This document shows positions 49,990 to 63,664 of a DNA stretch of 64,000 bases, one piece after another. Position 1 is the first letter of the stretch. Each line of letters opens with the position of its first letter. Below the pieces are notes generated by a model, which did not search any database, was not told where the DNA came from, and saw nothing but the letters and a program-made list of their open reading frames with translations. The stretch comes from Eledone cirrhosa. Taxonomy: Eukaryota. The DNA lies in the NCBI GenBank assembly GCA_964016885.1, contig OZ024743.1:362824001-362888000 (forward strand), read 5' to 3'. The position numbers and the translations under genes are program-made.

Positions 49990-52900
49990 AAGAAATAATC
50001 AGGGTTTCCAACCCTTGTACTACCAACACAGCTGACCCAGTGAAAGGACAGGATATGCCAGGTTCAACCCAACGATTTTCAATGATTGCCCTTGATGGTC
50101 ATGGCAAAACTGAGTTTGATAGGAAATTAAAACTTCACATGGCAAATCAGTTGGCTTCAGAGATATTCTGGAAATGAAATAATTGTCACCAGTAAATTTT
50201 CGTGACATGATTGTGACTTCTAGGACATTGAATATCGTACTTTTGATGATGAGTCTTGTGCCATTTCAAAGTTTTGGAGGATCCAGATTATGAAATAGCA
50301 TAACCAATGCTCCAAGCTTCAGTACCAGGATGTGTGGAAGAATTCCTGCTGGTTCAAGACTGTTCAAAAATTCAGTTGGATAGTTTACAACCTGGTTTTG
50401 GGAAGTGATTGTGTCAACTGATTTATAGCATCTTTTCTCTCCCAGTAACATGTTCAACAGCCTTCTATTGATTTCTGTCACATCAACATTTTTCAGTGCT
50501 AAGATTGCTCGTTCACAGAGCCATTTGTGACCACATTGTCTAATCTGAATGTTTGGAAACACTCTGGCAATCAGTCCTTGTTCTGTGTCAATGACAACTG
50601 AATTTGGTCGTTGGAGTCTTTTTCAAGAAGCCTATTTCCCAATTTAAGATGTACTTAGATGGCAAACTTACTGTCACCCTTGTTACCAGTCAAGTACATA
50701 TGCATATTGGTTGCAAAGCTCAGCCACTAAAAGGGGCCAGAGATAGGATATTTTCAAACAGGTGTTGATCTGATCAGCTCGGTTGCCTTGGGGGAATACA
50801 GGCAGAGTTTGTCTGAAATCGCCAGTAAGAAACATTGTCATTTCTCCCATTATACAAGTATATTCTCTCAGATCCCTTATCCAGTCTAAAGCTTCAATTG
50901 CTCGTTTATGGCTCATGGTGGCTTCATCTTGCATGTTTGCAGAAGCTTATTCTTGGGTGAGTTCTTAATATTGCAAACAGATTGCTCATGGAGTGTGCAG
51001 TTCTTCCTCTATCCAGAAATGATGATGCAATGAGGCCACTTGAAGCTACAGTAAGGGCAATATGTTGTTTTGAAAGCAGGGGGTTTATGAGGAATGTCTT
51101 ACCTGTGCCAGCAGGAGTATTTATGAAGAAAAGTCATCCCCTGTCACATTGAATATTTTCCATGATGTAGTAGGCGTATTTCTGGTCATCCACCAATCGA
51201 GGTTCATTTTCATCCACAAACTTACTCAGGGCTTGAATATCATAGTTAGTCTCTTGAACAGCTTCTTGTGATGCCTCCATTTCTTCACCTGGTTCTGGCA
51301 TCCTGCAGTTAGCTAATGTGCTATTCATTGCCTGAACTCGATGGGACAAATCACAGACAGCTTGATTGTAAATCCTGGGGGTATTTCCATATACATTGTC
51401 AGGATGTCTTCACGCTAGGTGTAGATAGTTGTTTGACATTGTTTTTGTACTCCTGCCAGAGTAGATGAGCTTCATCAATTCCATATCCTGTGAGCATAAT
51501 AGTAAACAACTGTCTTATTTGACTGGCTACTCTAGTGACTGCTGCATCTTCTATGCTCTTCTTCCAATGTCCATTGTCATGCAGGCGCCCATGGTGTTCA
51601 CATGCTTCTTGGTATGTTACGTACACGCTGCCTCCGAAGTACCTGAAATTCTCAAATGACATTGGTCCTCGAACATTATGCAGAAGGAACCATAAGTAAA
51701 AACACTCTGTTTTACGGGTGGACATTATAAATACGCCCAATAGCATCACTTGCCAGGACTTCATGACCTTCGATTAAATGACCCTGCCTCCTTCGATTCC
51801 AGTTCTTGCATTTTGTCCAGGTGTAGTATGTTGTGATGTCAGCATAGAGGAGGGATCGAGCAAATACATTATTCTGGCAGTGTTTTAAAAACGCAGTTAG
51901 AGTAGTGTCAGGTGGTGATTGTGTCAACTGATGAGCAGTGGTCCCAGTGAAGTACAATCTCTGTCCATTTTCCAGATAGACTGCTAAGTTGACCATTGTT
52001 GAGTTGCGTTGGTGGATATCAAATCCAAAGATCCACCAGATAGCTTCATTGCTGGAGATGTATCAACCTGTCTGATACCGTTTGACTTTATCCAGCCAAC
52101 CATCATCGAGTTCCTTGTCAGTAACAAAGGTAGCCATGTCACTGCCCTTGTATTATTTTGTATTGCTTTGACAGAGCTGCAATACTCAACATTAATGTCA
52201 AATTTTAGAAGTTTACAGAACAATTTGTAGTGTGGGACTACCCATCGATTGTCTATGGTCAACTCCTCTCCTCGAAATGTTAGGTTTGCAGTATTGCCTC
52301 CATGTCCTGGTTTACGCCTACGATGAAGGGGCTATCTATCATTGTCAGTCCGAGTTTCCTGAATAAAAACTCTGGAATAATGTCAGCTGCATTTTTGATC
52401 TTTTATGCAGGGAGAAGCTGGATTTATGACTCCACATGGACCATCTTTATCAGGCAACTCTGCTGAAATGATCTTATCAACATCATCTAGTTTTATCTCC
52501 TTGCACCAGATTAGCGTGTGAGAGTGAGGATGTCCTCTCTTCCGCCATTCAATAGTGTTCATCCAGGCACTAAGCTCACCAAAGATTCTTCCTTCTATTA
52601 GGAGCCAGAAAATTTTGTTTTTGCGTTTCATGGAAAACCCGAGCTATGAGGTCATGGCGATCCTTCAGTTTTTGATTTTTAAATATTTCATTTGACATTT
52701 CTGTCCAGTTTGAGTTGCATGTAAATGTAATGAAGAGATCCGGCTGACCAAATTTTCTGACATAGGCCCTTGTATCCTACATACGTTCATGCATGTAATG
52801 TGGTCCTCCCGCGAAGCTTGACTGGCTGACCAATATTTCTTGGGTCATCTCTAAGGTGGATGTAGTTATTTGCCCTCAACTTACTTTGATTCCTTCACAA
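49990..52900 (-). mobile_element. Degenerate autonomous Helitron (Rep/PIF1-like helicase pseudogene)
   Basis: Rep remnants [41 protein letters not shown]. Helicase remnants PAGTGKTFL, DEATM, GDFRQTLPV, YPTEFLNSL, NLDPPKL, QGQSL. Many stops. Confidence 0.9.
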
Positions 52901-53109
52901 GAAACCTCCATCTTTTTGACATGCATGTTCACCATGAATTGGCTGGTTACTTCTTTGAATCGCAGAACTTGGATGAAGTGATTTCGTATCATGAAATGAT
53001 AAACAGAATTATTTGCAGCTGATTGATCGGCCAGTTTCTTGTCTAATTCCTGGGCTGATCTGTCGTAGCTGAAAATGATATCCATATTCACCATTCCAGA
53101 AGATAAGCA

Positions 53110-54745
53110 GATTTTGTCAGAACAAATATAAATCAGAAAACTGGAAATTTAAAGAATTCGTTTGTTGCACATAAGTCTAAAAGCTGATTAAATGTAATCT
53201 GTCTCGTCCTCGGGTTCCGTATTAGTTGACGGTGGATACTCATTCTCTTTTTAAAGGTAAGCTTTATTTTGTCTTTTGTAGTTTTCTTTTCATTTTTTAC
53301 ATATAATATGATAGCATATGTTAACATTTTTTGACGAGTGAAATGACTTTTTACAATAAAAATTTATCTTGATTCAAATTTATATTATGTTTCTTCTATA
53401 AGTTAGGTGCAGCTCCCAGGGTTAGGGTTATCACACATTTTGGCTATTGGTGTTGAATTCGTCAGTATTGGATTGAGGGGATTTGGTTGTATGAATGCTT
53501 TTTTTTTCATTAAGTTTTGTCTCAGTAGTGGAATGTTCGGATGAATAATGTGTGATTTTTGTATTTCGTGGGTTGTGTTGTAATACTGAGCCTATCTGAA
53601 GTATTTTTGTTCTCCGTAGTTTTTGAATGTCTATTGTTTTGGCGCTGGAAAATGTTTTTAGAAAGATTAATTATCTTCAGTTTCTCACATTCGATCGTCA
53701 TCACCGGACGCCGTGAATTCTGTTAGCTGGGTCTAAAAAATAGTCTTTCAAGTTTGTCATTCCATTATTTATTTTTATATGCATTAGGATTTTCTTTGTT
53801 ACTATGTATGTTTATCCGGTCTTAGGTCTGGATTGTGGCTGCTCTTGTCAGGAATTATTTTTTAGGTTACAATTTCTGTTCCTTTGTGTATGTTGGAATC
53901 CCCAGTCACGGAAAATGTTCTGTTTTGGAGAAGGGGAATATTGGATTATTCTAGTGTAGCTATCATGCTGGAATTATCGATAGAGCTTTTGAAAGCTTGG
54001 TGCATATAAGTTTGACTGTTCGGTATTTGTTTTATCATATGTAAATGGAGTTTGTACATTGTAATAGTTATAATAAAGTGTTATAGTTTGCTTGAAGCAT
54101 TGTATATAATATATAACGGTGAAAGAGATAGAAGGCTAGACAATGCAAAATGGACTGTAAGATGAGGTAACGAAAAGTAAAAGTTACCTGGTAATCTTTG
54201 TTTTGTTGTTGTAATTGTTCTTTTATCCGTCCAATATTTCGGGACCTAAAAATCCCTTCATCAGGGTTTAAGGAACCTTCAGCTGACAACGTTCCAATTT
54301 CCTCTCTTTGGGATAAAATTTTGATTTTGATTTAAATTTTTTCTAAGTCGTTTTCAAAGGTTTTTCGATGGTTACTTCGCTTTCCACAAATCAATTTTCT
54401 TTTTAATATGAGATGTTTAGTTTGTGTGCCTGTGGGTGTAACTTTTTATGTCAAGTACTGTGTGCTGAGTTCTAATCTATTATTCATTTGTGGGTTGAGT
54501 CTACGTATGAGCAAGGCTTCCTTAATTCTTAAGTTGCCCACATTTCTATCACTGGCTTTAATAGTAACGGTAATATGTTGGTTGGCGTTTCTACATTTGT
54601 CGATGTGTTTTTTGAATGAAGATACGCGTGTGTTGAGGTGTTCTTTAATGCAAATGTGGAGTGCTCGAGTTGTGCTACCAATGTAGAAGTCCTTACATTT
54701 GTTGCATTCAATCCGATACACCACATGTGTCCAATGGCACATACC
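53110..54745 (-). mobile_element. Penelope-like retroelement remnant (GIY-YIG 3' end, pseudo-LTR, probable decayed start of the next tandem unit)
   Basis: ORF 54446-54742 VVYRIECNKCKDFYIGSTTRALH...KEH...KEALLI...NP.MN is a GIY-YIG endonuclease; a hammerhead-like core and A-rich decayed ORF follow. Confidence 0.78.
54229..54268 (-). ncRNA. Degenerate minimal hammerhead in the Penelope pseudo-LTR
   Basis: Reverse complement CC-CTGATGA-A-GGGATT-TTTA-GGTCCC-GAAA-TATT-GG; stem I only 2 bp. Confidence 0.45.
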
Positions 54746-55082
54746 TGTATCGCTAAGGTGTCAAAATTAAGACTTTCTATTGAAATAAATTGAATGCTTG
54801 TGTCGATAGTGGTGGCGGCGGCGATGATGGTAGCAGGGTAGAAAAGGGAAATATATTTTGTTATTTGTGTGTAGTAAAGTTGTTTATCGTCTTGATAATA
54901 GAAATAAAAATGATTCCATTAGTAGAACTGGAAAAGGGTTTTATGTGTGGTGTGTGTGTGTGTGTGGGGGGGGGGGGGGGGTATGGTTAGCATGTTAAGG
55001 TGTTAAAATATTAACGTATGTTAAAGTATAGCGCTGGTCTTTTATTTTCGAATATAGGGTGTAAGGATGTTCTCTCTCACTT

Positions 55083-55137
<55 letters not shown>

Positions 55138-55352
55138 GTATGTGTGTGGGGATGGCTAGCATGTTATGGTGTTAACATATTAACTTATATTAAACTATAT
55201 TTAATGGTGGTCTATATTTTTGAATAAACATATTTTCCTTATTTATTCGTATGTAAATATATATATATATATATAACGAAGGAAATGTGGTAAGGAACCA
55301 GGTGGACCATAACGCACCAAATTACACAATACTTAGGGTAGTAGAGTGGGTA

Positions 55353-55458
55353 ATAGGAACAAGTAAGACCCCGACGGCTGAGCTCAAGCCGTTTCGACGG
55401 CTAATTCTGAATTAGCCGTCGAAACGGCTTGAGCTCAGCCGTCGGGGTCTTACTTGTT

Positions 55459-55463
<5 letters not shown>
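55353..55463. repeat. Perfect palindrome, 55-bp arms, containing the 3' half of a hammerhead
   Basis: ATAGGAACAAGTAAGACCCCGACGGC...AATTC-T-GAATT...GCCGTCGGGGTCTTACTTGTTCCTAT, centre at 55408; same family as 13802-13920. Confidence 0.93.
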
Positions 55464-55504
<41 letters not shown>

Positions 55505-55899
55505 ATAATATATATTATATATATATAATATATATTATATATATATATATAATATATATATATATATATTATATATATATATAATATATATTATATATAT
55601 ATATAATATATATTATATATATATATAATATATATTATATATATATAATATATATTATATATATATATATAATATATATATATATATATTATATATATAT
55701 ATAATATATATTATATATATATATATAATATATATATATATATATTATATATATTATATATATATATATAATATATATTATATATATATATAATATATGT
55801 ATATATATATTATATATATATATATATAATATATATTATATATATATAATATATATTATATATATATATAATATATATATATATTATATATATATATAA

Positions 55900-55937
<38 letters not shown>

Positions 55938-55940
55938 TAA
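55461..55940. repeat. About 480-bp almost pure A/T compound satellite, (TA)n with periodic TT/AA
   Basis: Directly visible; only one G in the tract. Confidence 0.93.
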
Positions 55941-56450
55941 GTATGTATACGTACATACATATATGTGTACAGACGTACAGTAGTATGTATATATATTCAT
56001 ACATGCACACATATATATATATATGTACGTATGGGTTTACCGAATATTTATTATAATGTTCGGTTTGTTTGTAAACAAACAAACAGCCCGAATTAAGCCG
56101 TACAGTGCTCGGCAACCATCGTGACAAAGGAACGATGTACTAGTTTCAAGCTTATTAGCTATCGTCAGCATCGTATACCTTTCTGTCAGATGATTGAACG
56201 TCTGAAAGTATATACTTTCCTTATGCATATTGACGGATGAGCAGCCTAATTTGCATATCGAGTGAGTTAATCGGCCGGGTATACTGAATACGATAAATGG
56301 AAAAGAATGAAACGAAATTTCACTTCTCACTCTTAGTACGGCTGATACCTAAATATAAGTATGTATGCGTACATACATATATGTGTACAGACGTACAGTA
56401 GTATGTATATATATACATACATGCACACATATATATATATGTACTTATCG
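55941..56450 (-). repeat. Copy of the 400-450 bp repeat family seen at 12780-16280
   Basis: Reverse-complement match to about 14270-14790. Confidence 0.85.
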
Positions 56451-56524
56451 TGTGTCACATCTATTTTTTAATATATATATATATATATAAATATATATAT
56501 ATATATGGCACGATATCTCGTTAA

Positions 56525-56566
<42 letters not shown>

Positions 56567-56924
56567 TTAATGAGATATCGTGCTATATATATATATATAT
56601 ATATATATAAGTTAATGAGATATCGTGCCAACAGCAATTTTTAGACACACCGGACTAATGAAACAATTGTTAATACTTTGAATAAACCCTATTGTACAGC
56701 CGACCACGTTATTCTTCACTCATTTACGATATATGTATATATATATATATATATCAAATCTGTAACATGGTGTTTACACAAGTATCATTATATAAAAACA
56801 CAAGGATCATTTGACAACCATTTTATGCTAACTTTGACAGCAATGGTAATTTGATTATCATCGTTCCTACCTTTCTCACTCACAGTATTGACAAGCAGGT
56901 CAGCTGTCAACTGCTGCTAACTTT

Positions 56925-56960
<36 letters not shown>

Positions 56961-57049
56961 GGATAATAAAAATAACTGTTTCTAATATAGGCACTAGGCC
57001 AGCTATATATTACTGGTACTATAAGGATAATAAAAATAACATCATTCTA

Positions 57050-57345
57050 ACTATCTGCATAGAGACCTCTTTATCTCTCTGTCAACCTGACAGATGTATC
57101 TATTTTGGGGCAAGAACACCAATAATAACTGGCTCTTCCAGCGCATCTCCTTTACCATCCTCCGGGAAAGTGCCCACTCCATTCTGTCCGGAGGTGCTGT
57201 GGGGCGGCCACAACGTGAGACCCCATTTGCTCGTAATACAGGGAGATGGGGAGAGGAGAGAGATGGAGGCGGTGACAGTGGAAGTTCGGCTCTTCTGTGT
57301 TCGGACACATTGGTAAGCACTTGGAATCTGGTTTGTCTTTCATTC
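57050..57345 (-). mobile_element. Old LINE 3' fragment (Cys-finger region)
   Basis: CLPMCPNTEE...MVKEMRWKS on the minus strand; related to 27270-27530. Confidence 0.5.
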
Positions 57346-57497
57346 CAAGGGCTAGGGAATTGTTTGATCAAATGCTTTGTTTGTTTGTTTATTTATTTTT
57401 AAAAGATTTGTTATTCTTTCTATCTGTATACTGCAAAGCTCAAATCCCAACAGCAGTCGAACTATAGATAAATAAATAAATTGATAGCGATAGATAT

Positions 57498-58322
57498 ATT
57501 TCTTTATTTGCCACATGGGCGCACAAGAAAAGGGGACAATACCAAGACATATGCCGGGAATTTTACATACAATCGTGTAAAAAAAATGTTTAAACAATCA
57601 AATTCAAAAATCGAAATCCCCAATAGTCGAGAGGCGTTACAAATGGGTTGTTTAATACCTCGTAGATAGAACAACCTTCAACTCCAGGAGCATGTTGTGC
57701 AAGTGCACCTTTCCTCCTTTTGCTCTCATCTTCAACCTACAGGTTTATATACAGAGAAGGCCCAATCACTCGGGCCATTTTTGCTACATTCACCCACCTT
57801 TCAGTAAATTTACTGGGGTGCAGTGCCTCTCTCTCCACTCTGATTCTCCTTCTAAAGTGGTACCTAAAGAAGGGAATGAGTTGTTGTCCGGAGAGAAAGG
57901 CATCTGTCCTCAGTCCTCTCAATCTCGTCCACCGTATAATCTCTTTTATCATAGCCACTATACAGAGGAAAACCGCCTCTCTTTCGTTTTTGAAAGAAGT
58001 TGGCGGTTTGATCCTTACTAAGGACTCGGCAGTCAACTGGATTTGTTCCATACGTGACAGCAGTTGTTCTGCGTAGCTCCACAGGTCGGTTACGCCCGGG
58101 CAGTGTACAATTGCGTGCAAGACAGCTTCAATGTCCTGCTCGCATCTTGGACACGCCCTCTTGGAAGGATCCCTGCCGGGCGTCCGTGCCTGTAGATATT
58201 GTCTCGAACTGGTAGAGCTCTTCGGTAGCACTGCCAGGCCAGGCCAGGGACCTCTGGAAGTTGTCCACGAGTCCCGGGCGGAAAGTCCTACCGAACAGAC
58301 TGGCGAGCTCGTCATCTTCGAC
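57498..58322 (-). mobile_element. 5'-truncated copy of a Tx1-type LINE related to 1-5404
   Basis: EDDELASLFGRTF, PGRDPSKRACPRC, IKPPTSF..AVFLCIVAMIKE, ERWVNVAKMARVIGPSLY align with the ORF2 C-terminus; 3' UTR ends AATAAAGAAAT. Confidence 0.92.
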
Positions 58323-58721
58323 TAGATAGATACATACATGCATACATGCATACATGAATGCGTACATATATACATACATGTATGCATGCGTACATACAAA
58401 CGTACATGCATGCTTACGTGCATGAATACACACATACACACATACATATATGCAGACATACAGAGAACAAAGTCAATTTATTGCATATATGATTGATAAT
58501 GATTTAAGAAAATATTTAAGAAAATAATTATAATTGATGTAAATTAATGCAAACTGAAACATGGTGATGATCGGATTGACAAGAGAGAAGATAAGGGAAA
58601 TCGAAGATTCAAGCATATTTACATAGAATGTTATAATCATGGATAATTTAAGTTAAGTATTTTTACTATAAAGCTCGTCATGCTAGTACACACAGAAACA
58701 CACACACACACACACGTATAT

Positions 58722-59030
58722 GAAGGCGTGTAGGTTTTTGGTTAGGGCATTCGGCTCAAGATCGTAAGGTCAGCAGGTCGATTCCAGGCAGCGCGTTTTG
58801 TCCTTGAGCAAAACACTTTATTTCACTTTACTCCAGTCAACACAGCTGTCAAAAAACCTGTAATATAAGGGCCAGCCTTGTCACGTTTTGTGTCACGCTG
58901 AAGCTCCCCGAGAAATACGTTAAGTGTAGGAATGTCTGTGAAAGTTACACGTTAATTTCACGAAATGTTTGTTCCGTTAATCGTATCGACTGGAACAATC
59001 GGCGTAGTAATCGACGGATTGCCAGTTATA
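58722..59030 (+). mobile_element. tRNA-derived SINE, second family
   Basis: tRNA-like head (TGGTTAGGGCATTCGGCTC...GGTCGATTCCAGG) followed by the GTCCTTGAGCAAAACACTT core. Confidence 0.75.
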
Positions 59031-59167
59031 TATCTAAGATACCCACTGACCAGCATTCCCCCAAAATGAGTCACTGAAACACACGTGCTTTTTCTCCGTT
59101 CCTTTCTCTCACCACTCCCTAACTTTCTATTTCATCTTTCCTTTATTATTCTTTCTTTTATTATTCT

Positions 59168-59205
59168 ATCTTCTGATGAAGAACTTGTGACCGAAACGTA
59201 AAAAC
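59168..59205 (+). ncRNA. Decayed minimal hammerhead motif
   Basis: CTGATGA at 59173-59179 and GAAACGTA at 59193-59200 (palindromic ACGT stem III, GUA triplet); stem II mismatched. Confidence 0.4.
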
Positions 59206-59929
59206 TCTTTTCCTACTATATATCAAGTGTTAAATTAATATATTTCTTCATTGTAAGTGATGTTTGCTTTTTTGCACACACAGGAAGGACACACAGGACA
59301 TTCAGGGTGGGACCCCCAACAGAAATACTTTTGATCATAAAACTGTTACACCAGACTTGACCTGGGGTTAAGTAGTTACAAATGTATATCTTTTCCTGGA
59401 ATATGGATTATGAATTTTGGAGCCGTTATAGTTCTGGTGGTGATGGAGAGTCTGGAAAGAAGAACAGGTTTGGATGTACTGGAATCTTCTAGTTATAACT
59501 CTATACAATGGTGGTTATGTCACAATAGGCCACAATGACAGCTTCTTTATGTTTCAAAATCTATGGTGATGCTACTGAAACCATCGGATTCAATAGGAAA
59601 GAAATATCGAAACTGGTTGAATGTGATCTATAGTTTCTATGACATGTACAAAATGAACAGAGCAACTCTGAGCAATATTTCAATACACACTGTAAATAAA
59701 CACTGGCGAACTATTCGGAGTTGGGTTCAATCTCCCCTTTGTGCTCTGAAGAAAGAATGATTGATTGCAAAAGTTCAGGAGATTCCTGCATGTAATACTT
59801 TCCATGAACTACACACCTTCTATGATACAATAAATATTGAAAATTAGGAGTGGGTATTGCAAAGAAGGGCTTGGCTAAAGACCATAAGAGCAGAGACCCA
59901 GTATGGTTTCCATAGGGACCAATGAACAA

Positions 59930-60300
59930 TAGTTATGATTTTTATTGCAAGGCAGCTTCAAGAGAAATGTAGTGAACAATACCAGGACCTACTCAAATTC
60001 TCCCGCACCAGTTCTAAAGAAGAATTAGTTATTATTGGAAGGCTGAAACCCAGGCACTTCAGTACAAAAACAGGAGTCAACCAATGTTACGCCCTGGCTC
60101 ATGTTTCGTTAAATATCTGTCTCGTCATTATAATCACATTGTTTTGCAGGAGAATAGCATAGGAAGCGGGTGTCAGTATAAAAATTTGACACGACAGAAA
60201 TATTTTCAACATCCGAAAGCCGCAGGTCATGGCTGATCTCATGTGTGAAAGGATAATTGAACTACAGTATGCTGTTCACTGTACTTTGGTAACTCATATT
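59930..60300 (+). mobile_element. Highly degenerate RTE LINE RT fragment
   Basis: MIFIARQLQEKCSEQ, TGVNQCYALA, ELQYA. Confidence 0.65.
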
Positions 60301-60804
60301 CTGGTAAACCATTCAGAAAGTTGTTCTCACAAAAGAATAGGCCTGGCAGTAAACTCACAAACAATGGAATACATCTGTCAATGATTCACATGTTTCCTGT
60401 AGATTCAAGTAAGTTATGCGCGCTACACGCCTGCACCAACATAGTTGGTACCAGCATAGAATGGATTAAAGGCTGTTGGTATTGGTTCGACAGAGGAATT
60501 TTTTTGTATAATAATAATATCTCTCCAGAAGATTGAATTGAACGGATCTTTTGTAGTCACTGGATACTAGAGCCTTCACGAAATAACATCAACCTTCAGG
60601 AGTGAAAGTCACCGCTACAAAACATTCAGTTTGGAAGCGAGAAAAGAGGCATGCACGCAGATTCACATCTAGCTTCATTAACGAAGCATTCACATTTGCT
60701 ATCTGCAACATAAACTGTACATCATCAAAATGTATGGACAGCCATAAGCAAGCATCTATGCATGCGTGTATGCATGTATGTATGTATGTATGTATGTATG
60801 TATG

Positions 60805-60835
<31 letters not shown>

Positions 60836-61244
60836 CATGTATCCCAGTACAACCTGTCTCATGGTCGGGTCGTTGGCGACTAAACTGGCAACCCCACCAA
60901 GGTTTCTTGGTGAGGAGGGTGACTTTGGACATCCTGCAGGACTAAAAACAAAACCTGTCAAAGGGCAAAGGAGCTCTTAAGAGTCATCCAAAATCCATCC
61001 AAAATCACCGGGAGAGATGACCCCTTAGCCTTTGTCAAGGCAGAATTCTAGGAGAAGGAAAACTGATATAACACCTGCAACCCTGATGGTATCCAATGAT
61101 GTTGACTTGTTATTCTTTTTGGTAAATATCATCTTAGTTAAGAGAGTGGGACTGGCTTTGTGCAGTGCCTTTGCTCACTATAAAAGCTTAACGGCACAGG
61201 CATTGCTTTATATCTGAAGATCTCTCTGCACTTGTCGTCACATG

Positions 61245-61400
61245 GTACCATGGGCCCAGCACTATGTGTCAGTAATTGTCACAAGTGTAGTGTTTGTACC
61301 AGAGTTTCCAAGTCGCTGGCTGGACTAAAAAGTCACACTCGTTCAGCGCATCGGTAGGGGTTCTGCTACATGGATATAAAGTAGTGGCCGTACTCGAAAA
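61245..61400 (+). mobile_element. 3'-terminal RTE LINE fragment with (TATG)n tail
   Basis: CSVCTRVSKSLAGLKSHTRSAH; closely similar to 11298-11470. Confidence 0.7.
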
Positions 61401-62299
61401 CGAGTTGGCAGCTACCATGTATGTATGTATGTATGTATGTATGTATTATGTATGTGTATGTAGGCATGTATTATGTATGTATGTATGTATGTGTATGTAG
61501 GCATGCATTATGTATTGATGGATGTGTATGTATGTAAAGTATATAGGCATGCATGCATGAGTGTTTCAACAAATATATAAATATGTTATGTTAAAAACAT
61601 TTTGCAAAAATAAAGATGAAAATATACATTACAAAAAGAGGAATTACACAACTCAGTTAAATAAAGTGAGACTAAGAAATTGTTTTTTCTAAAATTCCAA
61701 ATTTTATTTTTATTTTTCTTTTCTCTCAGTAAATGTCCGACATGGGTGAGATGGAATTTAACATTTCAGCAATGTATTGAAATCAGAGTCAACTCATTGT
61801 TTTCTTTTATTTACATTTGCACCATTGCGAAATTAGAAGACGCTCTTTTGGGAACTTAGGGTATATGTGTAATCGACGCAAATACCCCAGAATTTCAACA
61901 ACTGTTCGGTGTCAGGTGCACACGAAAAGGTGACGAACTGTTTATGAGCGTAAGATGGTGTGAATAGTTGACTCTGCTTCCTGGTTAACATTCATATTGC
62001 ATCCAGACTTGACAAGATGGGACATCCACTAATCGGTGGTATGGATGTGGATATGAGAGGAGGACATCAGACGCAGATGTATTTAGTCAAATAAAAAATA
62101 TATATCCCCGACAATTTATCTAAAGCAGACACTTCCAAGTTCTACACTGAAATCTTGATCAGATTTGCCAAAGTCTAAGACGCGAACATTTCTGATGGGC
62201 AACGTTTCTGTTAAGGCGACGTCGATCTCTATCACAGTCTTCTCAAACTTGTTGGATTTGTGCTGAAATAATAATAATAATAATAACAATAACAATAAC

Positions 62300-62330
<31 letters not shown>

Positions 62331-62331
<1 letters not shown>

Positions 62332-62910
62332 TTTCTATATTGACCACAAAGGGTTTACATCAAGCAAAACATTATGTCGACACAGGACGAAAACAAAGTG
62401 TGTGTATGTGTGTGTTTTAACAATGTTAAAACAGAAAGATAACAATAACAATTAAAACAAAGGGGATCTTCAATAGGGAAGATACATTCGAGGGTCACTC
62501 ATGACCCTCGAACGCATCCACCATAAAACGATGGGTACCCTGATCACTAGGATATGTGCCCTTTCCCAGTTGTTCTCCAATATACAGGCTTACACTCAGA
62601 GCGAGCCCGTGCTCGATCCTCTCCCTAACATTTCATCAAATTATTTGGAAGGCAATACTTCCCTTTCCGTCCTGATTTCCTCTTCAAGTGAAACCTGAAG
62701 AAGTTAATCACAGCTTCGCCGAAGAGGAAAGTGCTCGTTTTCAACCCTTTCAGGCATACAATCTCTTTCACCATAGTCACAAGACAGACAAAAGCACTCC
62801 GCTCTTCCTGACTAAAAGAAGGCGGTGGGAGAATCTTCACATTGAACTCGGCGGATAACCAGATTCGTCCTACACGTGACATAAACTGATCTTCCATGCT
62901 CTTGTTCACG
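62331..62910 (-). mobile_element. 3' fragment of a more diverged Tx1-type LINE ending in (ATT)n
   Basis: LSAEFNVKILPPPSFSQEERSAFVCLVTMVKE...FFRFHLKRK aligns with the ORF2 C-terminus; terminus AATATAGAAAT abuts the (AAT)n tract at 62268-62329. Confidence 0.8.
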
Positions 62911-62959
62911 GGAGATGCCTCTCAATGTTTCTAATTTGTGCACTAATGCCTTGAGAGTC

Positions 62960-63625
62960 AATACATACAACAATGATTTGCAGATCACGAAAGGAAGGCG
63001 AGGTTACATTCAATCACAAAGGAGAGGAAGTTTGCAGAAGAATAGGGAATATACTTTGAAAATAATGGCGATGCTGCAAAGAACTTAAAAATGTTGGTAA
63101 AGCATGATGGCCAATGGAGACTGCGCACTAAATGGGAGCAAAAACCACTGCATGTGCAGTATGTTCTCCGTAGCAAAGAAACTGATGTAGATCAAATTCT
63201 CACCCATTAGTGGCTGCGGAGTTTTGGACTAAAAGCAGAGAGTGAGGTGAGAATGTGACAACCCTATGGGACTTCCCTGTAAATATCGACAGAACGATCA
63301 AGATCATAAGACCTGATATAATTGTGAAGGACCATATAAAGAAAACTCGCTTCTTAATTTACATGAACATTGCATTAGATCATAATATATCCTCGAAAGA
63401 TTTTCGAAAGCTCAGTAAATATAAAGATTTGATAATTGAAATTGAGAAAATGTGGCATATTAAGGCCTGTACAATGCCAATGATAATCGGTGCACTTGAA
63501 ATAATAAAAAAGGGAACTGTAAAACATTTGGACCATATACATGAAAAGCCATTTCTACAAGAGATACAAAAAATAGTGCTGACTAACACTGTCCATATCC
63601 TGAGAAGAGCATTATCAATTTAATT
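62960..63625 (+). mobile_element. 3' fragment of an R4/Dong-like LINE (restriction-like endonuclease)
   Basis: LWDFPVNIDRTIKIIRPDIIVKD...KLSKYKDLIIEIEKMW...PMIIGAL...EIQKIVL...HILRRAL. Confidence 0.82.
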
Positions 63626-63664
63626 ACCTTCCAAAGACATTCATTGTTTTTTATGCCTCTAAAG

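Noticed and set aside
50020-51349. Host PIF1 helicase gene
   Set aside because: No introns, many stops, and contiguous with Helitron Rep motifs.
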